NCBI GenBank assembly: GCA_032718475.1
Contig: JAUCBJ010006096.1
Location: forward strand, 1 to 64,000
DNA length: 64,000 nucleotides
Source of the DNA: Nemertoderma westbladi
Lineage: Eukaryota; Animalia; Xenacoelomorpha
Reading direction: 5' to 3'
Every line of letters begins with the position of its first letter. Positions within the stretch are counted from its first letter, which is position 1. Below are positions 49,248 through 61,261 of the stretch, piece by piece. A model generated the notes under the pieces. It saw nothing but the letters and a program-made list of their open reading frames with translations. It did not search any database and was not told the origin of the DNA. Position numbers and translations under genes: made by a program.

Positions 49248-49838
49248 ATGGATAATATTATTTTTGTTGATTTTCAATACTATAAGATAGACAATAAGGA
49301 GTATCCGGTAGTATTTAAAGAATTTGCAATATACGATTCTAATTATACCAAAACTAATGTAAAGACGTTTTTAATTAAAGGCCCTCCTAATATTAAGTTG
49401 TCGGCTTTAGATGTAGCTCACGTAAACAATTTACGCGATATGGGTTCTCACTTGCCCTGGGACTACGGTGACATTTCTCAAGATGACTTTATAAAATATA
49501 TGAAGAGACATTTAAAATATAAAAAAAACATTCACGTATTTGGGTTGATGAAGCGGGCGATATTAGTTTCCCAATTCAATGTTCTCGAACCAAATTCGGT
49601 GGAGAAATTGGGAATATATAAGCAATATCACGATTATTTAACCCCATGCCGGTTCCACGATCGAATCACTACAGTATGCGCGTTCCACTTAAACATAGGG
49701 GATAACTGTATGCGATACTGCTCGGCAAAACGTGTTGGTTGGTTTGAGGCTCTACACTTTTTCTTGAGAAAGCGTTTAACTGCGACTGATGTCGATGATA
49801 AACAGAAAGAAATAACTGCGGTGGAAGATGTACTGTAG
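49248..49838 (+). CDS. Viral DEDD/DnaQ-fold protein with a Maelstrom-like E-C-H-C pattern, 196 aa
   Basis: IIFVDFQ...PVVFKEFAI, LPWDYGDI, CAFH......YCSAKRV; intact and co-oriented with the virion genes. Confidence 0.6.
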   Translation: MDNIIFVDFQYYKIDNKEYPVVFKEFAIYDSNYTKTNVKTFLIKGPPNIKLSALDVAHVNNLRDMGSHLPWDYGDISQDDFIKYMKRHLKYKKNIHVFGLMKRAILVSQFNVLEPNSVEKLGIYKQYHDYLTPCRFHDRITTVCAFHLNIGDNCMRYCSAKRVGWFEALHFFLRKRLTATDVDDKQKEITAVEDVL

Positions 49839-50406
49839 GTTTACTCTAAGCGTGTAAGGTGATGGGGTAATATATAATTTTATTTTGGTGATGCTCTTGA
49901 TGTTAATATAAAAATATAATAAAATATAATTTTTTTTACAACAAGTTCTCTAAAAAAGAGTCAATTGCGCTAGGTTAACCATACACCTTTAACAATATGA
50001 TGTAGACGTAACATGTACAGTAAGTATTCTCGATATCATTCTAATATAGATGTACAGGTATTGCGAAACATCCTTTACGTCGCAAACTAATAACACATAC
50101 AGTAGTTGACTAGTAATATTAGTCAGAAAATGCAACATAATCTGTATAGGGTGTAATGATAACCTGTTGGTACCGGTTCTGATAAATTATAGGCCTATCT
50201 ACAACGGTCATCCACTTTATCAGTACCGGTAGTGTTTTACTCTTCCAACACTGTAGTCGCTGTCTACTGGTATCGGTACAGCAGTAATCTGATGCATGCA
50301 GGGTCTCACATACAGGGATTAGATCACCTATCCAAACAATACAGTACTGCTGTACTTTCGCTGTTCTTGATGTAACAGCATAATCAGAGGGTAAATCTTT
50401 TCGACC

Positions 50407-50590
50407 TACGCGTAGGCCTACGCGTAGCTACGCGTAGCTACGCGTAGCTACGCGTAGTTCGCAACATTGGGTCATATATCACCAGTTTCAGAGTTTTAAC
50501 AATAACTACGCGTAGGTGCTACGCGTAGCTACGCGTAGGTGCTACGCGTAGCTACGCGTAGGTCCTACGCGACCTACGCATAGGTGCTAC
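50407..50590. repeat. Two clusters of the palindromic decamer CTACGCGTAG
   Basis: Tandem copies at 50407-50457 and ~50505-50590. Confidence 0.9.
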
Positions 50591-51099
50591 CCATAACTAT
50601 GCCTATACGTCGTTTATCATTAGTAGGCTTACGTATTCCAAGCGAGTCAGTACTAAAATAAGACACAATACGGTATGTTCAATAAACAACCCACAACCAT
50701 CAAATGCTTTCAACAGTAATGTATCCTATACCTGTATACTCTATATAGAGGAATACGCGAAAACTACATAATTCTTCACTTCATGCGTTGCGGGCGGTAA
50801 AATGTGTTAATAATTAATGTTTAGAGTTCAAAAATAGTTTACAAAGGAAATAGGCCGATGGTTCTTATCGATTCTCTATGCTTTTTATTGCCTTTGTTCA
50901 CGATAGGGCAACTAGGATATACTGTTTTTAATATGTTAACCCCTTGACAAGGGAAGGGGGAGACTAAATTGTCTATCATGAGACGTGAATTTTAAGTTTA
51001 CTTTTTATTCATCCTCTGTGTTTGTATGTGAAAGAGCCGAATATTATTTATTACCAGTGCTGTATGTAGAGATATGAGTTTCCGATTCTGATATTACTT

Positions 51100-53243
51100 C
51101 CCTGCAAACAATGTATTGTTAAAAAGCTGTTATTAAAATGTTATTTAATGACATAGATAACATTATTTCAAATTGTTACATTAATGATAAAAAAACTGTA
51201 AATTGGCCAAGAAATATGACGTTATATACTAACGTTATTATTTCGTTTTTAATAACATTAAAATAACAAAGCCAGGATGGTTATATATATCATTACTTTT
51301 ATGTTATTCCTTATCATTATTATTGTATTTTTATTGACATTAAAATAACAACGGCATAATGTTTATTTAGATCGTTACTTTTATGTTATTTCTTAACATA
51401 AAAATATTGTTTGCTAAAAATGTAACATTATACGTGCATTTAAGCCCTTCTCTCATGTTTTATGGTTGGTTCGCTTGCTCAAACTAATAATCCATTGCCG
51501 TTCTTTATATCGTTCTTTATAATTGCCAAACCCTTTATTGAATAATTAATTAATAATTTCCCTACGCATGTTGATATGGTATGGCAGGCTACAATCTCTA
51601 ACACAGTTTGATTGAATACAATTTTGTTGTAGGCAATTGTATGTAAATTAATAACAATTAAAACGTATAACATGAATTTAATTTTTTGTATAATGACCAG
51701 TCAGGAACAAATAATGAAATAAACAGCAAAATCAAAGTAAAATATCCCAGAATAAGTAAACAACAAATATATGGCTGTATGGCCCATTACGTAAATGGTC
51801 TTGATATTTCGGTTAAAGTTAATCACAGACTTAAAAAGAATATGTTTATGACTTAATAATAAGTGACAACAACGTAATGAATTGCATCAATTAAAATACT
51901 TTGAGTTAATATTATTCACTAGATTTATAGATCTGATTTGTAGTCTATATAAAATAATGTACATATAGTGGGTTTAATAAATAAAACCTCACAACAATGT
52001 TAAATTATTAAAAGGGGCAGGTTACAGTTGGCTACAGAGGCACATTATTATATCCTAGACGGGTAAACAAAAAAAAAACAGGTTACAGATTTATTTCTGG
52101 GAGAGTAATCAGTACTTATTTGAATCGATATCTCCCTGGAGAGGGATGATTTTGATTGCATCGCAAATCCTCCCTATCTGAACAAATCATATTTAAAAAA
52201 TTAAATGTTAATTATAATTATAGCTGAGTGAGCTTCATTTATTACATATTAAACTGTAAAAATAAATCAATAGGCCTAGGCCCTACAAAAGTACAATCTA
52301 AAAACTGAAACAATAAATAGTTTGTAATAACAGTTAATGTGAAGTTTTCAAATCGAAATCGAATCGAAAGTTTTGTAGTAATGCTGTCCCTGTGCCCTGC
52401 CCCTTCAACTGAAAACTGGGACCTCCCAATAATAAGAATTCCAATCTTTAGTCCTCGGCTGTTGAAATCCACCATCAGTACAGACAAATAAGTCAATCCT
52501 CCACCTGTCAGTGCTGGTTTAAGGGGACTTCCTGCTCCTGGTCCTGGCAGACTTGAATTCTGTAATTGGTAGGTCTAATGCAGTAATGTATGAATCCAGA
52601 GGGTAAAGGCGAACTCGCATTCAGGTAGATATGTTTTATTTATGAGTTTAGGTTAAATAAATCACAAAACCAAAAATATAAGCTACTGTACAGAGCAGTA
52701 GGCCTGCAGTAACTATACTACAGTAATAGAGATAGGCCTTGCAGTACAGCAGTATAACAATACATATACAGAATAAACATTGAATACAGGCAGGCCAGAA
52801 TGAGTATTGTACAACATACCTGATACCATACTGTATACCATTTACATGTGGAAAATTCCTCCATTACCGCGAATTTTAAAATTAGCCAATCATCAATCTC
52901 AGATTAGATAATAGAAGTGACAGCGTCTATCGCATAATGTTTATTTTATGTGACAAAATAACATTGTTCTGATATGTAACAAACCATGTTCTTAAAATGT
53001 TAGAACTAAACACTTATAAAACATTTTTGACTAATGTTTATGTTCTCACATTAAAATTACGTTTTTTTAACATCAACAGTTATCATTTATTTAATGTCTG
53101 ACAAAGACATTATAGAGTAATGTTAAAATAACATATATTGAACATCTAAATATTCTATCAAACAAGGGAATAACATTTATCAACATTTATAACAAATTAA
53201 TGATGTTTTTCTGACATTCCTTGAAAGTAAATTGTTTGCAGGG
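51100..53243. mobile_element. Non-autonomous CACTA/EnSpm-like element
   Basis: 13-bp TIRs CCCTGCAAACAAT / ATTGTTTGCAGGG, TT on both flanks (2-bp TSD), many AATAACATT/AATGTTATT subterminal repeats; a related end CCCTGCAAACA at ~4170. Confidence 0.75.
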
Positions 53244-53945
53244 TTCCCTCTATATAACGCAAGTGGAACGGTTTCGTTCTAATTAAAAGATACAGAGTTA
53301 TAATGATTTAAAAATTGTCAAAAATATCCAAATTTGGCCCAAAATTGGCCAAAAGTTGAATTATTGGAATACTGTTTAATATTTTTGGCCAATATTTTGA
53401 CCCGATGAACAACTGTATTGGATATGTATTCGGTATGAGTTTCAATCGAAATGGCCAAGCTGCTTTGGTGATAGTGAGAAAACAATGTAAAAATTTACCA
53501 TTGGGATAATTTTTGGGTAAAATTAAAATGTGGCCAAAATGGCCAAATTTGGCTAAACGAAATTTTTTAATGAAACTTGCAAATTTATCCGCGCACAAAG
53601 TCTCCGGAGAACATTTGAAGATTTCAGTCACCTTCATCCCGAATTTCACCAATTAGTGCTAGAAGTTTCCAAATTGGGGCAAAAATCCACTTTTGGTTGC
53701 CAATTTGGAAATGTTGGGGAACTAAATTGAAAAAACAAAAGCGTACAAAATTCTTAGAATAACAAAAACTACAAACGTGGCAAATTTCAGAGAATATAAT
53801 TCCTAGGAAGTTGTAAAACGCCCCGAGTAAGCTCCACTTTCTATATACTAATGTTGGAACGCCTACGCCCGGTGTGGGAGAATCCTCACGAAGGATCCTC
53901 CCACGTTGTGTTGTTTTTAGGTTTACATAAGAACCGCATATCCGA

Positions 53946-55740
53946 CAAGGCAAATCAACCGTATATAAACCGTTAGTGTCAAACCGTATATTTAATAGTT
54001 CTTTGAATGATATCTCGTTTTCTGGTGGAAATATCCCAAAACTGTCTAATGCCCAAAATTTTTTTAGGATTTCGAAAAAATTTTCATTGACCGAGATTCC
54101 AGTACTTTGCCTTTGTAACTCAGACTTAACCAACATACATGTACTTGTACTGTTATTTTGAATTTTGTTTTCTCTAACATTTGTATCACTTTCCATTTTA
54201 CCGGAAAGTAGCCAACCCACCCCTGAGTCCAGAGCTACCAATCCCGTTCCGGAAATACGAAACATTTTCCCAGTTACTATATCCCAGTAGTAATCTGAGC
54301 CAATTAAAATTTCAACTTCAAACGGTTGATCACTATGGTTTTTATTAAGTATGTCGTCTACTATGTTTGAATTAATACTGTCCGTAATGTCTTTAGAACA
54401 AATGTTATTTTGAATTGGGGAACAAATGTTATCTACAACCAATGCTGATACGACAACCGTTTTCTTGTCAAGTAGAATTAATGTAATCTGAGCAATTTCT
54501 AACAATGAAACATTTGAATTGACATCCTCACCTGGAATTCCTTGGAAATTATTGACTTCAATAAGTTTGGTTCCTATAATGGGTAAGTTGTATTTTTGAA
54601 TTATGGATTTCACAATGAATGACCGCTGGCTTCCTTGATCAAAAAATCCTTTAACCTGAAATGAATTTGAATCATTAACCGACTGATACTGACAATTCAT
54701 TATTGCCGTTTGAAGAATACCATTTGAAGTTATTACCGATAAACCTGAAACTTGAACAGACAATGTTGAACTATTATTAACAGATATTACGTTAACCGAT
54801 GTTTTGTTGATATCTTTTAATGGTTTTTGGATTTGTGGACGAGACATTGTCAGTTTGTTACATATTGCAGCGTGGTGTCCATATTTCTTGCAATTATAAC
54901 AAGGTTTGTCACGTGGACAGTCCCTTGCTATATGGCCACCCTTGATACACTTGTAACACAGTCGTTTATTTGATAGAATGTGTTTACGCTGCTCAATATC
55001 TGTAATGTCTTGACAGTTTGATGAATAGTGCGTTTGATCACAAAATACGCACTTTATTACCGGTACTTGTGATTTATTTTGATGTTGAAAATTTCCCTGT
55101 TGTTGTTTGGGCTTTACAATGTTTGTTGCATTGGCAGTAATTGGAAATGCCGCTACTGTAGATGTCATTGATCTATCATTTTGTCTCTGTGTTGTTATTT
55201 TGTTTATGGAATTTGTTCCGTTTGTTTCATTTTTATATGTGTTCATCACTTCCTCACTTGCTAATCGTGTACCTATTTGGTTCATTAGCCACAATAAATC
55301 ATCGATGTTGTTATTTTTCTTTTCTAGTATTTTAGTGCCATATGCAAAATCTAAAGTTTTCATGATGTCTGGTATCACAGTTATTTGATATTGTTGTGGA
55401 TTAGTGCCAAGTGCTTCCAATGCTCGTATGTGTGTCATACATGTATTGTGTACTTGTCTCAATGTTAATTGTTTATTCGCAATATTTCGTAGCTTTTCTA
55501 TGTGTGCCTGTATGATTCGGTGTTTCGAACCATACCTTTGTTCTAAAAGATCCATGGCTACTGGATAATTTTCGCTAGTGATTGATAGACCAGCAACTAC
55601 TGCTTTAGCTTCACCTTGCACAGCTTGCATTAAATGTTGTAACTTAAGTACATCTGGAAGACCAGAATCGTGTATAGCACTACGGAATGAATCTCGCCAA
55701 CCACAAAAATCTAAAACGTCACCGCTGAAATAGGTCTATC
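53946..55740 (-). pseudogene. BEL/Pao gag-protease fragment of a second family, truncated on both sides
   Basis: FSGDVLDFCGWRDSF upstream of the ORF; LEQRYGS; CVFCDQTHYSSNC / CYKCIKGGHIARDC / CYNCKKYGHHAAIC; FFDQGSQRSF; ILIGSDYYW; homology ends at YTVDLP. Confidence 0.88.
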
Positions 55741-55889
55741 CAATTTTGGAAGCACTGATCTGGCATATTGACTACTTATAGCATATGTACTACTACTAAC
55801 TGCACTAGAACCTGGATTTATTGCACCACTACTAACATTCGTACTTGTAGGTAGATTTGAGGCTGCTGAAAGAGACATTTCTAACAGAG

Positions 55890-57505
55890 TTATAGTTTCA
55901 GTGAGTCTAACCTTATAATTCGTTGAATTCGTTGAATTCCTTTAAACTGACAATGATGACATTGAGTCATAAATTGAGGACAGACTGCGAAGATGTGTAG
56001 ATTATTGAGTCTACAATACGCACAATAAATCTCCATAGCAGGTTGATCTTTAAAGTAGGAGCAGGGTACGCTGGAGTCAACCGGAGTAAAGTGATCTCGT
56101 GATGCACATAATCGGCAACGTTTCCTAGAAACATAATTGGCATGCCGATAATCGTATGCTGTGAGACATTGTGGACCTTGATACCATTCCAGAACATAAT
56201 CATTGTCTCTGCTCCTGGGCGCTGTGGGTTGAATCTCCTCGGACTCCAAGCAAATTGGTTCATCTTCCAATTGCATATCTGAGGTAGGTATAGCTGTTTC
56301 TTCAAGCGAACCCACTGTTTGAACTTCCACAATAGATCGTATTCAGAAATAATCAGAAATACGATCTCAGTAGGAGGATTCAACGTTCGAGGACTATCTC
56401 CAAATGAATTTATTCCCAATCACTAAGGGAGGTGAACAACCAGATTTATGACACGTAATGGTACCAGTTGTTCAAAGACTATTATCGTGTCCTTTCCCCT
56501 TTCAGTCCTTGTATCAATGGCCATGGACTTGAGGAAATTATTGGTGGTTGATTATCCAATCAACGACAAGAGGGTTGGAAGTTGATATTATGAATACCAA
56601 CACAATGGTACATGGACAGGAGGTGCGGACACCAATATAAGCATCCAAATAAACAGTAAGGGATGGGGAGGTTTAGTAGGAAGCGGTACGATCAATACCA
56701 TGATACGACTATGATTGGTCGATCATCTCCCGAAAGCTCCGAGCGCGTTGGGTAGAGAAGATGGGAAGAAGAGGGTTTCTCTATCAACGTCTTGTATCCT
56801 CGATAGCGATGGATAGAGGGAGAATAGTGGTAGGGAGGAGGAAGGATATGTGGGTAGTATCTATAAGATACCACAATGGACATGTTTTCCTTTCACGTCA
56901 TTACTCATTCTTACTCTTTGATTGTGACACTGATCACAATAATTGCAGGAAGAGGATGAGGTAAGAGGAAGTTACAGCCTCCCGAAGGAGACCACCCGCG
57001 AGCACCCGCACCCCGGGGAAAACTATTCACATTATAGAACCTGGACATTAACGTATGGTTTTTCTCCAGCTGGTTCTCCTCAACTTTCATTCTTTCATTC
57101 AACTTTCAACTTACATTCTTCCACATTCTCTCCTTTAGAGTCGGTTTCGAATAGAATTTTCATGTTCGATTCTCAGTTTACCATTCCGACTCCGCGGGTA
57201 TGATATTTAAATAGGTTAATTTCCCTTTAGGTGTCTACATCGTCCGTATCGTGTAAATCGATAGGATGACCAGTAGTTAAGAAGTCCATATACCTGCCAT
57301 TACGATGCGTATAGCGAGCGGTGAATTTTCTATAGTCCAATTCGCGCGTGAGCTGTTCCTTTGACATTGGCAGTTCGATATAACGGCCATCGTCCTCCTT
57401 AGTATGTTGACTAGCATCGCCGCTTATTAAACTATCAACAAACGCTTGCAATGGTAGGGTATATCGCCCCCTGATACCAAGATCATCTTCTATTAACTCA
57501 GTCAT
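55890..57505 (-). pseudogene. Degraded orphan ORF with C-terminal CCHC-type zinc fingers
   Basis: Co-oriented fragments 57227-57505, 56911-57102 and 55890-56330 (CRLCASRDH...C; CAYCRLNNLHIFAVCPQFMTQCHHC); joining them into one gene is inference. Confidence 0.4.
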
Positions 57506-58328
57506 AGCTGCTATATGAGTTTATCGATATTATAATTAATAATAATTAGGCTAGCGGTCGTCGCTGCCTCCCCCTCAGTGCCCTCGGACAGCGCAAGATC
57601 CTCAGCGCTGATGTACTGTCGCCACCGTGTCTCTCGCCAACGTAGTAGCTACACAACGACAACAATAACCAGCGTGAGTCACTCCACTGTCCGTCCCAAG
57701 GGCTTAGATATACTGGAGGTACTTGCTATAGAGGCAGGGTAACTTTCACAACTGCGACTCGCTACTGTAAACACACCTTAGTAGTAACATTCACCTATAA
57801 ACACACAAATTCCACATTCCTGTCACAATTTGTACAAATTCGGGCCATTTGTCCGTTAGTCAAATGCCTTCCAGAATGCCACGTTATTATTATGTATCCC
57901 TGGATACTAGCGGTGTGCTATTTATTCCGCATGCTATTCAATGGGGCAAGCATTCTATTGTTCTTTTAACTCGCTTCTAATTATGGCGGGGTTGTTGCTA
58001 TGGTGACATTATGGAAAGCTAGTGGTAGAATTAGGGTAATTCTCATGCATACAGATCTGGGATGCTATTTAATAGTAATCCTTTAATTGTCAATATTCCC
58101 CTTATACATGATTTTATGAATTTTATCGGCTATTGACTGTACACTGGAGATTCTCGCACACTAATATACTTAATAGGGTGAATCTCCACTCCCATAATCT
58201 ATTAATTATTGGAATTTTGGGAATGTTATAAATTGTATAAAATGACAATTTATCAAATTCATGAGAGGATATGAATTTAAAATTTATTCCCGTGAATTTT
58301 ATTATTTGATATTAAATAGACACAATTT

Positions 58329-58700
58329 TATTCCAGAACATGTCTGGGAACTAGGATCCTTAATTCTAGAAATTTTTGTCCTTTTAAGAGTATCGGTAAG
58401 TGCTACGATATCTTAATCGACTAGAATTTTAGAGGATCGAAAATTTTAACAGATTTGATTTATAGATTTTCTAGAGTTAATTTGTTAGCATTTACTCTAT
58501 TGTAACATTTGTTTTAACAGATTTTATAAATATTTATTAAATATTTAATATTTAAGATGGGCACCGATTTATTCCAGAACATGTCTGGGGACGTTAACCA
58601 CTGATTCTAGAATTTGGTCTTTCAAGTATATCGGTGGGTTGCCGCGATATCTTAATCGACTAGAATTGCAGATGGTCAAAGGGTTTAACAGATTTATTTT
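58329..58700. repeat. Diverged ~130-bp direct repeat with 240-bp period
   Basis: TTATTCCAGAACATGTCTGGG...CGATATCTTAATCGACTAGAATT...TTTAACAGATTT at ~58329 and ~58569. Confidence 0.8.
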
Positions 58701-58734
58701 GCGTTTTATGCTACTGTTAAATGGACATCATTCT

Positions 58735-60769
58735 CAGTGCCGGATTAACCTTAAGGCATATAAGGCACGTGCCTTAGGGCCAGCCGAAAATCCGGGCCAT
58801 TTTTTTTTGCAAGTCATTCCTGTAAAAAAAATATTTTTATCTGAAAAGTCCGGAAACAGAGCAAGAAAGTGCATCTTTCGACTACTTTCTATCCCTAAAT
58901 TTGTGATAGAAAGTGCAAAATTATAGCTCAGTCGACCGACAGGTGCTGTGTTATTAGTTCGAGACCTGATGGCAGAGAAATAATAAAACATGGGCAGTAA
59001 AACTTTAAAGTGCTAATTATGAACAATGGAGAATTTAATTTTATCTATTTGTGGGGAATTATTTGTAGTTATATGCTCTTAAACTTTCTAGAACAACCAA
59101 ATAATGACATACTGGAAATACTGTACATAGTAAATGTATGGCGTGTAGATATGGTAGTGCGAAATTAATTTTTTTTTACCGGAAACTAGTTTTATAAACA
59201 TAGGCCCTAATAGATAAAAAAAAAAGGATAAATTAGTTGTAGATAAAATAGTTGTTGATAAAAAAAGAAATAATTTCAGAAGTAACTTCTTGTCACTACT
59301 GTAACTTAGTTTAACTGAAATTCGGATGTTCTGCCCTCGTGTATTGAATTTTGCATTCGATGGCATTTTAGGTGCAATTCCTGCAAAACCTAAAACTCTC
59401 GGACAGCACAATTGAATTGGGGTAAATTAAAATTAGTGACAAAAAGTACTTATTTCCGAGACTGTTCTCTTATTGAAGAACATTACTTTCTCAGCAAGTC
59501 CAAATATAGATCAGAAATATTATATCTTTGCACTAAGCCCACACTTACTGTGTTTTATTTCTCAGCAACTCCTGTAAAGATAAGTACCCTGCGAAACCTA
59601 CAGCAAATAAATAACACATTCCCAAGATCCGATCAAAATTGCTAAATGCCTACAGGGGCCAGTCTGCCTTAAGGGGGCCAACTATAACCCCGACAGAAAT
59701 GAAATTTTCGAAAATTTACACAATTTTTTTGTAGTTTGATAGAAGGGCTTTCATAAGGTGATGTCGGTTTTCAAAAGTGAATTATATTTTGACCTCAAAA
59801 CTGCTCTTTTCAACAACATAATATATTGCGGATATTTATGACTCTCTGTATAAAACAACCTTTTTATCAGTTTGTCGATTTTTTACTTTTTTCATCACTA
59901 AATTCCCTACTATATACTATTTCATTTTTTACTCAATTGTCATCCAATATACAAAATGTTCGGCAGCTTTAGGACTACTATCGTTGGTTTTGTAAAACAT
60001 GGCCATTTGGATCTTCTAGAACCGATTTTGTAACTGCTACACTTTGTCTATCAAAAAATATTTATTCTCAAAATATAGCCCGGAAATACTAAAACCCCCC
60101 TAAATTTTTCAAAAACAATAATTTTGTGCTAAAATTATCATATAAGATAGCCTACATTTTTAGGTCCATTTTACCAAAGTCTTGGACCAAGAACTTCAAT
60201 GCAGGGTATTACAGATCCTTAAACATGAGCTAATTTACATAGAAATGCCACAAATTTATAGAATTTTTGAAAAAACCGACCTGCTCAAAAAGCGCCATAT
60301 TTTTCGAACAAACGGTTTATGAAGCTATCTATACTCAGTTTTAATAGTATATATAAGATCACAGATAATTGTATTAAAGTTTCAGAATAGTAGCTTTATA
60401 AATAAAACAAATAGATTTGGGGTAATGGTCTCATTAATATATTAAAAATTAAAGCTTGAGAAGTTCTACCAAAACCATTACACATTTTATAACAAAGGTT
60501 TTATAGGCATAATATGCCGTTTAGTAATGTTACAATTCTTGATGAAAACTATTTTTGCGAAGTACTTATTATTAAAGTACTTATTACTTATTTGCACGCA
60601 GTAATCCGACGAAAATACTTCATATTTCCTTCACAACATTTTCACAATTTCAGTTGTTTTTAGCAGCTTTTTCTTTTAAAAGGGTTTGCGGAAAAATATA
60701 AATTTTCGGGCCATTTTTGGAAATTACTAAAATGTGCCTTAGGGCCACCAGAGGCTTAATCCGGCACTG
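58735..60769. mobile_element. Non-autonomous hAT-like element
   Basis: TIRs CAGTGCCGGATTAA / TTAATCCGGCACTG; 8-bp TSD ATCATTCT / TTCATTCT; subterminal GTGCCTTAGGGCC at both ends. Confidence 0.88.
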
Positions 60770-61261
60770 TTCATTCTACTATATGTATTATTTAATATAC
60801 GGTATGAGAGCAATATTGCAAGAAGCAATGTCAGTGAGAAGAGGCAAGTCGTTTCCAAGGTCTACCCAGAGCTTGGTTTAGCCGAGACACGAGGATCTGA
60901 ACTTTGCATTCCTAATACTCTACTTATCAATAATACTTAAGTATAGTAGGGGCGGTATATTGTACTTTAATAAGTACTGACATTTCATCTTACTGTAGTC
61001 ACGTATTTATAGTATGTTACGGACAGCAAGGAAAGAGAAAATTAATTATTTCTCGCCGTTAAACGAAATATATTATACTAAGTAATTAAGTAATAAAACA
61101 CGAATATATTGCACTAATCTACTGAATAATCAATAAAATATTATTCTACTAAATAAAATTAAAGAAAACGATTATAATAATAAAAATTACGTAATAATAC
61201 ATACATAAATATAAAAATAAAAATATAAAATAATGTAGTCACACATCCACTCCAAACGCTG

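Noticed and set aside
53624-53945. C-terminal ~105 aa of the 668-aa ORF as a novel domain
   Set aside because: BEL homology stops at YTVDLP; the rest is read-through into an unrelated non-coding repeat.
50101-57790. AGTAGT words (50101, 57780) as Polinton termini
   Set aside because: No matching inverted partner or 6-bp TSD could be found.
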